NCBI GenBank assembly: GCA_002269645.1
Contig: NIVC01002120.1
Coordinates: 139,788 to 203,787 of the forward strand
Direction of reading: 5' to 3'
DNA: 64,000 nucleotides
DNA from: Macrostomum lignano
Lineage: Eukaryota
Shown one piece after another: positions 24,101 through 34,330 of the stretch (positions within the stretch are counted from its first letter, which is position 1; each line of letters opens with the position of its first letter). Under the pieces are notes generated by a model. That model did no database searches, was not told the DNA's origin, and was given only the letters and a program-made list of their open reading frames with translations. The translations under genes and the position numbers were made by a program.

Positions 24101-24622
24101 CAGATACAGACAGATACAGGTGAGTCAGCTGCAGGTACAGACAGATACAGGTGAGTCAGCTGCAGGTACAGACAGATACAGGTGAGTCAGCTGGAGATAC
24201 AGACAGATACAGGTGAGTCAGCTGCAGGTACAGTCAGATACAGGTGAGTCAGCTGCAGGTACAGTCAGATACAGGTGAGTCAGCTGCAGGTACAGTCAGA
24301 TACAGGTGAGTCAGCTGCAGGTACAGTCAGATACAGGTGTGGGCGAAGGCCAGCTGTAACTCACAGGCCGCAGCTCCGCAGTGTCCCAGTCCAGACTGGC
24401 TGCCACCTGCACCATCTGGCCAATGATGGCGCCAACCTCCCCAGCATCCAGATAGCCCTTGTCGCCAGTGTCGAACAGGTGAAACAGTGATTCTAGTGTC
24501 TGCTCTGGTGACTTCCCCAGCTCCAGGTTGCTAACGCAGCGGACCAGACTCAGGTCCACGCCAGCAATACCAGCATTGGGGGATGCACTGTTAGTGTGCT
24601 GTCCAGCTGACATGCTATTCAC
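21162..24622 (-). CDS. DGK: Type I diacylglycerol kinase (alpha/beta/gamma family): EF-hands, two C1 domains, catalytic and accessory domains
   Basis: Exons about 24622-24365, 23533-23312, 23005-22496, 22106-21162, with three phase-0 GT-AG introns. Motifs FVNPKSGG, CGGDGT, LPLGTGNDLAR, NNYFSIGVDA, QIDGEPW and C1 Cys/His patterns. The 5' end is uncertain; a possible acceptor cctttcag lies just upstream, so further exons may exist. Confidence 0.93.
22180..22465. repeat. Degenerate repeat of about 40 bp (about 7 units) in DGK intron 3
   Basis: Recurrent TTTCTATTTTTAGACCGCATACTATGGTGAATCC. Confidence 0.85.
23210..23285 (-). pseudogene. tRNA-derived sequence (SINE head or tRNA-Val(CAC)-like pseudogene) in DGK intron 2
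   Basis: Box A TAGCCTAGTGT, box B GGTTCGATTCC and anticodon loop CT-CAC-GA. Acceptor, D and anticodon stems are mispaired. Confidence 0.7.
23601..24338. repeat. 31-bp minisatellite (CAGGTGAGTCAGCTGCAGGTACAGACAGATA)n, about 24 units, in DGK intron 1
   Basis: Direct reading. Confidence 0.95.
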
Positions 24623-26430
24623 GATGGAATGCCTACTGAAAGGTTATTGACCAAACCTTATTCAATGGAAATAGTTTCATTTTTTAACGATTTTTTTACA
24701 AAATAGTTGTTCTATTAAACAACAATATGCAATATTGAATGTCATTTTTAATACAATTTTTGAAATTTGTCATTTGTCATTTGTCAAATGAAAGAAGTGT
24801 TTTGGAAGGGTTTTGGTTAATTAAATTTAAATCAAGCTATTAGAAAAGCATTCAGTAAAGAGCAGAGTTGAATATAACAAGGATGGTTTCTAATCTTGTA
24901 CTTGGATTTCAAAGAACTCTCTTATATATGCTGTAATGATTTGTACAATCAACTTAAACTAAAATATCTATTAATTAGATTAAATAATTTTTCTGATTAT
25001 GATTTATACTTAGTTTTATTTGTGTATAGTTAATATTCCCTAACCTATATACAATGATTTGATTATATTTTGTATGTCTTAATGTTGACCTTTAATTCCA
25101 CATTCTTATTGCTTTAAATTATTATTATCTCATTATTGCTTTAACAAGCTTGCACTGACATTTTAACTATTTATCTACCTAGGTCCCTAGGCTAGGGTCA
25201 TATTATAAGGATATATTAGATTTATTTATATTAATAAGTCAGTATATTTAATTAACTTTTTGACTTTGTGCTAACTTTTTCAAGATTGGCTTTTTCAAGA
25301 CTACTTTAATGTGGCTTAAGTTACAAGAAGAAACTTAAAAGCCAATGCTTTTTTGAGTCAATGACAAAAACTTAAGTACTTGCTAGATTGAATACATCAT
25401 AGGGCATATGATATTATTAATTATTATATGATAGTTCTAGTAAAAGATCTTGGAAGAAAGGGCTAATGACACTATGCTCTCTTTAGTCAGCTAGGGATAA
25501 TAAGTTTTGGTTATCCTTTTGCCTTTTTTTTTACCAATTTTTTGACTCAATAATAATTTAGAAAAGGCTTTGGCTTAATATAGTATAAAGTATAAGTTTT
25601 AGTTAGAGTTAAGTAGTAGTTATAAGTAGTGGTTAGAGACTAAAAGAATTTCCCTTAAAAAACATTAATCCTAACTTTCTTCACTACCCAACTAAAATAT
25701 GCATATGATGTAAAAACTGTTGTTTAGCTTCCAGGATATTTTGTCAATTGGCATTTTATTAACTAGTACTGTCAACCAGACTAAACATTATTGCAACTAG
25801 ACATTTAGTTCAAGCCAAAATTATTCATTTGTCATGTTAGCCTATTACATATTAGCTATTCATCTGCACTAAATTACTAATTACATCTATATGTACAATT
25901 ATAATTACTTATCTCTTAGAACTTAGTGCATCCTCCTGCATATATCACTTATTTAATATTCATACATGCGCAACCTTAGGAATCACTCAACCATTTCTAT
26001 TGGCAACCCATACATGTAAGTCACTATTGGCTGAGAGCAGTCACATGATTACTATTCTATCCAATAGCAACTTACATATGTGTTGCCAATAGAAATGGCC
26101 AGGTGAATCCCTAGGTTGTGCCTAAGCATGTTAATATTTAAAGGAATGTCTAAAATATTGCACCAATATTGAAGGCATGGTGAAACCATTTCCTATAGCT
26201 ATCACAGTCCAATCTGTCATTATCATCATTGACACCCTTTCAGCAAACAGGGCATTTTGGAGCTTGCCAATGCTTACGAGGCATTGTTCAGCTGCATGAT
26301 GCAACCCCAAGCCCAAGGTGCAACACTATTGAGGACCAAACATTGCTACAAAATCTACTAAGCTCTATTGGAATAAGTCTTCATTTTGCAGATGCCTATC
26401 TGGCGTGCCTGAGAAATTTGGTAGGTGCAG

Positions 26431-26981
26431 GGGGACGCTTTCATAAGACCTAAATTTCACAACGCCTAAAACCACCACACTTCACAACGCCTAAATTTCA
26501 TATCGCCTAAATTTCACAATGCCTAAAATATTTGCACGCTCTTTCACATCGCCTAAATTTCATATTGCCTAAATTTCACAATGCCTAAAACCGAAAATGC
26601 AGAATCCTTCACAACGCCTAAATTTCATATTGCCTAAATTTCACAACGCCTAAAATCTTTGCTTCTCTCCTTCACATTCAGTTTTAGGTGTTGTGAAATT
26701 TAGGCGATATGAAGTTTAGGCGATATGAAAGAGCATGCAGATTTTTAGGCGTTGTGAAATTTAGGCAATATGAAATTTAGGCGATATGAAATTTAGGCGA
26801 TGTGAAGGAGCGTGCAGAAATTTTAGGCGTTGTGAAATTTAGGCAATGTGAAATTTAGGCGTTGTGAAGGAGGCTGCATTTTCAATTTTAGGCGTTGTTA
26901 AATCTAGGCATTATGAAATTTAGGTGATGTGAAATCACGTGCTTTAGGCGTTGTGAAATTTAGGTCTTATGAAGCGCCCCC
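26431..26981. mobile_element. Foldback/MITE element with arms built from tandem subrepeats
   Basis: Left end GGGGACGCTTTCATAAGACCTAAATTTCAC mirrors right end GTGAAATTTAGGTCTTATGAAGCGCCCCC. Both arms repeat an AAATTTCACAACGCCT-like motif. GGTGCAG is duplicated at 26424-26430 and 26982-26988. Confidence 0.85.
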
Positions 26982-29825
26982 GGTGCAGGTGCCGCAAATA
27001 TGTGCATGCACAGGCACACTTATAAGTGTATCTGCATGTATATATGGGTGCACATGCACATAAGAGCATAGACCATGCTAAACTTACAAAATAAAAAGGC
27101 AAATTTAGAAAACTAGAAATGTGTGTAATTCAAAGGGTTTCTAGTCAATCTTGCAACAAGATAATCTAGTGACAGACAATCCAGCAACAATCAATCTGGT
27201 GACAAAGTATAATAAAAGGCTGTTATATTTAATTCATTTTTTTGGCATTTAAACAGATGAGAGAGTTTTGATTGTTTTAATTATATATTATTGTTATTAA
27301 TTATTATTATTGATATTTATTTTTTAGAATATATGCAAAAACAATTTTAAGGATTAGAATTTAGTGGGTTCAAAATGTACAGATTTTGATCAATAGCTTC
27401 TTTTCTTATAATGATAATATTGCTTTAAAAAAGGGAAACTGCATTTATAAATAGATATCTTCTTTCTTTATTTTTACTAAGGGCTGCATACTAGTTTCAT
27501 AATCAGATACATGATTACATTACAAAATCGGTCACCAGATTGTCTATTGCCAAGCTGACTGTTGCTGGATTGTTTGTCACCAGATTGTCTTGTTGCAGGA
27601 ACTTAGGAAGCCAATTCAAAGTCTTAACATTCAACATTCTTAGCCAAATAGTTTTATTGTTTATCAATTATTTTCATCTAATGCAATAAATACTTAGCTA
27701 CATAAATTTACCCATAATTACTTATAAATGTAAATATAGTACAATTGTTACTTAATAAAATTTGTTAAACTGTCAATAATTTCTAGAAATCACATATGCA
27801 CAACTGCCAACTGCTGGCCAACCTGATTGATTTGGCTACCATAAATTATGGTAAACCAGATATAAGTCACAAAAATGCCTACCCAAAAAGAATATAGAGA
27901 TGGTACTAATTAGATGATGAGGCATTTAGCTTTAATAAGATAGTCTTAGTTATTCTTGCTATTTACCTAGTCACTTGAGTAACTTCTCTTTTTAGTCTTT
28001 TGCACAGGAATGCCAAAGCCATTTATTCAAATAGGGCTGCATAGGTGTGACCGTTTGAAGTATGCCTGCGTGGCATTCAGGGGTTTTGGTGAAATTCTAT
28101 TCCAATAGGGCTTTTAAGAAATGTATATGTTTTAAACAAATTTGACATTGCAATGCTATTTCTCATATTCTCTGGCTAGTGCAGCTATAATAATCAGCTA
28201 CAATTTACTAAGTTGCCATAATGTCTAGTTGACAAAATGCCAAATTGCCATTTGATAAAATGTTCAGTCACCATTATTTAAATCCCTAACCCTAAGGACT
28301 TAAAAGCTCCCCTTGAAAATGAAAATATTAATCTAGACTTTTGCCTTTATTACCCAAATTCAATATTGATATAGCATTAAAAATCTTTATTATTTGACTC
28401 AAATTCTAGGGCAGTGTTCCATTGTAGCCGTAGCTATGGCTATAGGATCCTAGAGCAAATATGGTAAAATAGGTGCCTACTGTAGCTATAGATATACCTA
28501 TGGTAGCTAGCTGCTCTTATGGCTACGACTACAGAAATATGGTAATTGCTATCACATTCTGTAGATTCCCATAGCCATAGTTATTACTTTAAAAAATTGA
28601 AAAAATATTAGAAACAGTAAAGTTAAACAAAGATACTTTAATAAACTGTATTATCAACTTAGAAACTTATAGAATATATCTAATAAAGTACAATAAAACA
28701 CTAACAAACTCTAATTTTCATTAATGTGAAAAGTTTAGTATTATTACTTTTAGTAGCAATTTCATTTTAGTATATGGATTAAGTATTGTTAAAAGATGAA
28801 ATATAATCTTACAAAGATAATCAAGTATTTCTTTAATTTTCTAACTTAATTTGCAGTTGTTTAAGTGCTAGTTTATCTTCTTGATTAAAAATATTTTGTT
28901 TTCTAGACTTTGTTAAAACTATGGCTACAGCTATAGGAACTATCTTATATCTAAAGCTGAGTGGATCGATCGACCGGCCGGGTTTAACGCGTATCTCCTC
29001 CTAGACGGCTGGCAACTCAAATGCGGGACTTACATATATATATCAATGCAGAATTTTCCTACGCAACAAATAGGCTATTTTAATGTTGAAATTTCCAAAA
29101 TTAAGTCAGTTAAAAAAGCAGAAAACTGTTTTCTTAACCTTCTTTGGCCACTTTGCCTCTCCAGTGGAGGGGTAGTGGCATAATTGTAAAAACAACCACC
29201 CCAACCTCCTCCCGCGGGTCGCTGTGTATTGGAGGGGTGGGTGACGCGTGTTCTGGGTTCAATGCTAATAAAACCCCCGCGTGTTGGGGGTGAAGTAAAA
29301 TTTAATGATTCCCCCGGAATAGGGGGGTTGGTTTGGGCTGAGTGTACATAGCAATGTACTGTGTAAACAGATAGATAAGGACTGTGTCGAGATTCAATTG
29401 GTTTTATTATCGGCGTCTTTCAAGACTGTATTTAGCTGGGCAGCTAAATTCAATGAATAAACTTGCGAGCCTCTTACTAGCTAGCAGGCAGTGAATGTAC
29501 ACTCGATAGATACTTCAATGCTTTAAATTGGGAAGTTCAAACGCTAACTGTTCCTTGAGTTTTAAGCTTTGAGAGGAGAGAATTTGTATTGCTGGAAAGA
29601 TCTTGCAACGCTGAGTTTGGGGATATAAGTTATTTGTTTTAAATGAAAACAAAAAGCACAGCATTGAAAAAACGATTTCCATACTTTTAAACTTTCTGCC
29701 AAGATTGTAGTTGGGGGGGAAGGTTGCGTACACAAATTCAAGCCAGCTATCATTTGAGTAATTTCAGTAATGGAGGAGGCGGGTGATAAATTTCAATTGG
29801 TTTGATTATCGGCGCTTTCAGTCCG

Positions 29826-30256
29826 TCAGATAAGAGAGTAGAGAGAAGAGATTTCAAGGAGAAGAGAGGATAGAAAGATGATGGAAAAGACAGTAGATAT
29901 GAGAGCTGTGAGATTAAAGACGAGTCGACGACAGAGGGGAGAGAAGAGGGGAGTGAGGCAGGAATGATGAAGAGAGAGAGCGAAGAGAAGAGAATGTAGA
30001 GGGAAGAAAGGAGGGGAGAGAGGAAAAATGAGAGAGCAAAGGAGGGAGGAAAGATGGGAGGAGAGAGGGATAAGAGAGTACAGAGGAGAGAGAAGAGAGA
30101 AGAGAGAAGAGAGATGAGACAGGAGACGGTAGAGAGGAGAGGGGAAAGATGAGAGATGAAAAAGGAGAGGGTAAGAGAGAAAATAGGAGTATGAGAAATG
30201 AGAGCAGAGAGAAGAGACGAGAGAGAAAAGAGAAGAGGGAGAGAGAGAGAGAGAGG
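29826..30256. repeat. GA-rich polypurine low-complexity tract (similar tracts at about 34333-34810, 35090-35650, 58230-58780, 59520-59690, 59810-60110, 60300-60900)
   Basis: Direct reading; all are purine-rich on the + strand. Confidence 0.9.
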
Positions 30257-30325
30257 AGGGCGCCTCCAATCTCAGGCACGGACGCGGTACATGTAAAAAG
30301 GACAAACAAGTCAAGATGATTTAAG

Positions 30326-30366
30326 TTGCCGATATTTCGAATTAGGTAAATTCTTCGTCAGGGCAA
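30326..30366 (-). ncRNA. Minimal type I hammerhead ribozyme motif in the PLE 3' region
   Basis: Minus strand TTGCC-CTGACGA-A-GAA-tttacctaa-TTC-GAAA-TAT-C-GGCAA: 5-bp stem I, intact core, 3-bp stem II, palindromic ATAT stem III, AUC cleavage triplet. Confidence 0.8.
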
Positions 30367-30970
30367 ATGAAAAGTAGCGACAAGTGGTGTTGTAAAAGTT
30401 ATTAAATAGGCGGGTTAGAGGGGAGAGAGAGTAGGCAGGTAGATAGAGAGCGTACGGTATGTACACTTGGTGTGAGTCGATAAAACACTATTAGAGTTGA
30501 AAATGCAAAATAAAAAACAGTGCACAAATAAAGTGAACCGCACGTGGGCTGCAGCGATCCTACACACGAAATAAATAATGGAATAGTGCGACTGCACCGG
30601 TGTCTAAAAAGGGGAAAGAGTGACTCTAAGCACTTTACAAAATTGACCTCAATAAATAAATAAGCAGTAAATCAATAAATAAATAAATAAGGTGAAAGGC
30701 CCTCAAAAACTTAAAAAAGAGCAATTGTACGATAAGCAAAAGAGTAAAAGTAAAAAGTGTAATAAAAAATACAGGGTGTCAAGAAACAATAGAAATGTTG
30801 ATGCAGAATAAATGCTGAGAATATACAAAAGCTGTGCTTGGGCTAGCGATGAGAATAAAAAAATTTCTAAGAAAGGAGCAACAAAAGGCTTGGTAGGTAC
30901 CGGCACGGTCTGACAAAGGTAAGTAGAAGGGAAAGTGAAGTAAAAAATCAAAAGGAAAAAATACAAAAAT

Positions 30971-31774
30971 TCAATCAGTGGTGGACTCCAGTCGACTGGG
31001 ACAGAGCAGCTGCCGGAGGTTCCGCCCTTTGGTGTAGGCGGGCAGCACCGGCGCCTCGCAGCACCGGGCCACGCGGTCCTCCACCGCGGCCACCAGGGCG
31101 TCCGACCTCGCACAATGGGGCAGGATCAGCGGGATGGCCGGGTTGTGCAGCGTGCCGGCAAGCTCGTTGACGCCGTGCGGGGTTTGAGTCTTTAACACCT
31201 CGATGAGCTTGGCCTCGTGGCGCTGCCGCCGCTCGTTCGCTCTGGGTCCCGTGCCGTCACGAGACCAGATGCCGGTGAAGGCGAAGTCCGCCAGACTGTG
31301 GCCATCACTGGTGAAATGGCGGGCCACCGGAGTGTCACGGGCGTGCCGGATGTCGCCGATGTGCGCCAGCATGCGGCCGCGGATGCTGTTGGCGGTCTCG
31401 CCTACGTAGATCGTGTGGTCGCACCGGCGGCAGAACACGGCATAGACGGCGTTGGTGGCGTTGCAGTCGATCCGCTGACTGATGATGAGCTGGACTGTCG
31501 TGGCTGCTGATCCGGGGCAGACGGAGGCGAACCTGGCGTGTGCCTGGCAGCACCTGCACAGCCGGGTCGGGTTGCACGGCAGAAAGCCGAATTCCCACCG
31601 TCTCGTCGGGTAGAAGCCCAGCTCCGTCAGCATCTCGTACTTGATCGTGCGCAGGAACCGCCGATTGTAGCCCTGGTGTTGCACCAGACTTGAAAACAGC
31701 CCGGTGCACGCTGCGTCGAAATCGGCCATCAGGGAACACCGCCGGGCGTATCTGAGGAGCTGGGACTTCACCAC
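30971..31774 (-). CDS. PLE thumb, Cys-rich linker and GIY-YIG endonuclease
   Basis: VKSQLLRYARRCS, PCNPTRLCRCC, NAVYAVFCRRC...IYVGET...RMLAH...PVARHF...E...PHGVNE. Confidence 0.92.
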   Translation of the reverse strand: MVKSQLLRYARRCSLMADFDAACTGLFSSLVQHQGYNRRFLRTIKYEMLTELGFYPTRRWEFGFLPCNPTRLCRCCQAHARFASVCPGSAATTVQLIISQRIDCNATNAVYAVFCRRCDHTIYVGETANSIRGRMLAHIGDIRHARDTPVARHFTSDGHSLADFAFTGIWSRDGTGPRANERRQRHEAKLIEVLKTQTPHGVNELAGTLHNPAIPLILPHCARSDALVAAVEDRVARCCEAPVLPAYTKGRNLRQLLCPSRLESTTD

Positions 31775-33171
31775 GCCCTGGAACGTCCGCTTCGGGTGGA
31801 AAGAGTCGCGGTGAATGAGCGTTCGGCTGTCGGTCGGCTAAAAAAAACCTTAGTTGCCAGGCGCTTAACGTCACCCTCGCGGTCCCAGAAGACGGTGGTG
31901 TCCAGGAAGTTGACCTCGGTGCTGCTGTAGCTCAGCTGCAACCTGATGTTCGGGTCGAGGCCATCCAGGAGCTCGTGGAAGCGGACCAGCTCGTCTCTCG
32001 TTCCGTGCCAGACGCCGAAGATGTCGTCGATGTAGCGCAGCCACAGGGCGGGCTTCTGCGGGCTGAGCTCCAGGCCCCGCTGCTCCCAGTAGCCCATGTA
32101 GATGTTGCTGTAGCTGGGCGCAAACGATTTTCCCATGGCCGTGCCTTTCACTTGCAGAAAAAATTTGCCATCGAACTCGAAGTCGTTGCGCTCCAGGTTC
32201 AGCTTGAGCAAACTGAGGAGGCTCGCGTCCGGGCGCCGGGCGTCCGGGTGCTCTCTGAAGGCCCTCTGTACGCACTCGAGTCCGGCCGCGGTCGGGATGT
32301 TGGTGTAAAGGCTGGCGACGTCCATGGTGAACAGAAAGGTCTCGCCCCGTGCCGGGCAGGTGATGTCTCTGATGGCCGCCTGGAAATGATCGGTATCCCT
32401 GATGAAGCTGGGCAGCTGGATGACGATCGGCTGCAGGAAGCTGTCGATGAAGCGGCCGCTGGCATATGATTCGCTGTCCACGTCAGACACGATGGGCCGG
32501 CCTGGCGGGATGTCGCCGAGCGGCCACGACTCGGCAGGCTTGTGAATCTTTGGCAGGATGTAAAAGCGTCGCGTCCGGAACTCCTCCTTCGGACAGAAGG
32601 CGGTGAACTGGCGTTTGTCGATAAGCCTGCGGTCCAGTAGCGACTGGAAGACGGCGCGGATTCTCTGGGCCGTGAAGCGGTTGATCGGCTCGTTCAGAGG
32701 CCGGTAGAAGGCCGGGTCGTCCAGCTGACGCAGGCATTCACGGACATAGTCCTGCCGGTCCACGATGACCAGCTGGCTGCCCTTGTCGGCCGGCTTGATG
32801 ACGATGGACTTGTCTGCCCGTAGATCTCGCAGTGCCTTCGCCTCCGCCTGACTGATGTTAGGAGCGTTCCTGCAGTCCCGGATGTTCTCCCTGACGTCGT
32901 CCAGCTCCGCCAGAGCGGCTTGAATTTCGGGCCGGAGGCGGCTCGGATCGATGCTGGCCGTTGGGCGGCGGGGAAGCGGCGGACCGTCGTTCACCGTCAG
33001 TTCGCGCTTGAAGCCGCGAGCCGCCGACACGGCCAGACGCTCGCCAAAGTCGCGGACGCCGGACGCCAGTGACTCCGCCGAGGTGCACCGAGGAGCCACT
33101 ACGAAGGACTGGCCGCGCTCCAGCAGTTGCAGTTCAGTCGGTGCGAGAGCGCGGCTGGAGAGGTTCGTCAC
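31768..33171 (-). CDS. PLE reverse transcriptase
   Basis: IKPADKGS, FYILPKIHK, GRPIVS, MDVASLYTNI, GTAMGKSFAPSYSNIYM, WLRYIDDIF, VNFLD. A missing A at 31840-31847 (KVFF-KPTD) separates it from the next ORF. Confidence 0.93.
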   Translation of the reverse strand: MTNLSSRALAPTELQLLERGQSFVVAPRCTSAESLASGVRDFGERLAVSAARGFKRELTVNDGPPLPRRPTASIDPSRLRPEIQAALAELDDVRENIRDCRNAPNISQAEAKALRDLRADKSIVIKPADKGSQLVIVDRQDYVRECLRQLDDPAFYRPLNEPINRFTAQRIRAVFQSLLDRRLIDKRQFTAFCPKEEFRTRRFYILPKIHKPAESWPLGDIPPGRPIVSDVDSESYASGRFIDSFLQPIVIQLPSFIRDTDHFQAAIRDITCPARGETFLFTMDVASLYTNIPTAAGLECVQRAFREHPDARRPDASLLSLLKLNLERNDFEFDGKFFLQVKGTAMGKSFAPSYSNIYMGYWEQRGLELSPQKPALWLRYIDDIFGVWHGTRDELVRFHELLDGLDPNIRLQLSYSSTEVNFLDTTVFWDREGDVKRLATKVFFSRPTAERSFTATLSTRSGRSRAW

Positions 33172-33209
33172 CCTCAGTTGGGGGGGCCCATGGCTCGCCC
33201 CCGGCCCGC

Positions 33210-33793
33210 TCAGTTTTTTGGAAGGTCGCCCACCGTCTCCAGGGTGACGGCGAACGCCCCATCAGCAGACTGTCGCTCCAGGCTGATCTGGTCCCGTCGG
33301 AATGTCAGGACCTTGGTGTCCAGCGAGATCAGGCTGACAGATCGGTAGCTGCTCAGGAGCTGGTTCGTCTTGCGACAGTTACTCTTCTGGAGCGCCGGCG
33401 CATCGGGGGGGGGGGGCACACGGTCTGCACCACCCAGATTGACGCGCCGGGGAAAGCCTTCCTGATGTTGGTCAGGCTCATCTTCCAGAGCTTGGCGATG
33501 GAGAAGTCGAAGCTCTCACGGTGGAGGTCGTTGTTGCCGGCCCAGACGATGACGCGGCCCGTGTCGGGACTCGCATTCTCCACCTTGCTGATGTTCTTCA
33601 GGTAGTCCAGCGTGAGGCCCGGGAAGCAGTGCACCTCTAGGTCTGGCGAGGCCAGCTTCACGAATTCCACGTTCTGGTCAGCGATCACCAGAGTGGGCTT
33701 CTGCTTTGACCTCAGCTTCCAGTGCTTCTTGGCTCCGTGGTGGTAGATGACTTTGTTCTCCCGTAAGCTTCTGGCAGTCTTCGACGGTTGCAT
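33210..33793 (-). CDS. SGNH/GDSL-hydrolase-like ORF upstream of the PLE RT, split at a 12-G run (33405-33416)
   Basis: TLVIADQN (block I-like), VHCFPG, VIVWAGNND (block III GxND) and FRRDQISL (block V-like). The usual catalytic Ser and His positions read Q and S. Confidence 0.6.
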
Positions 33794-34019
33794 GAGGCTC
33801 CCGGAATCCGGAGAAGCAGATGGGGGCCTCTTCCTGGTGGCCGCCGGGTTCCAGAGTCTGTGGCATCTTCGCTTGTCCGGGCGGTGACAGTCTCTGGGAC
33901 ACCAGTAGACGTAGTCATGGGGAGGGATACCTCCCTGTTTGTCGGAGTCTCAATTGAGGCACAGTCCTGTGCGGATGGCGCCGTAGAGTTCTCTTCATAA
34001 GCCGTCGAAGCTGACGAGG

Positions 34020-34330
34020 CCGCCGATGAAGCCGCCGGTACAGTCGCCGCCGATGAAACCGCCGGCGCAGTCGCCGACGAGGCCGCCGACGAAGCCGCCG
34101 ATGAAGCCGCCGGCGCGGTCGCCGACGAGGCCGCCGACGAAGCCGCCGATGAAGCCGCCGGCGCGGTCGCCGACGAGGCCGCCGACGAAGCCGCCGATGA
34201 AGCCGCCGGCGCGGTCGCCGACGAGGCCGCCGACGAAGCCGCCGATGAAGCCGCCGGCGCGGTCGCCGACGAGGCCGCCGACGAAGCCGCCGATGAAGCC
34301 GCCGGCGTGGTCGCCGACGAGGCCGCCGAC
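34020..34330. repeat. 48-bp GC-rich tandem repeat at the truncated 5' end of the PLE
   Basis: GCCGCCGATGAAGCCGCCGGCGCGGTCGCCGACGAGGCCGCCGACGAA units, stop-free in all three minus-strand frames. Confidence 0.9.

Noticed and set aside
771-24338. CRISPR-like arrays
   Set aside because: Units abut one another without unique spacers, no cas genes are present and the context is eukaryotic.
31838-31848. T TTT TTA-like slippery site between the PLE RT and endonuclease ORFs
   Set aside because: A -1 slip meets TAG immediately. A lost A in AAG (KVFFKPTD) explains the break as a mutation or sequencing error.
33960-34010. Two in-frame TGA codons upstream of the SGNH frame as possible selenocysteine readthrough
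   Set aside because: No SECIS was recognised, the true reading frame through the 48-bp repeat cannot be determined, and the positions do not align with Cys.
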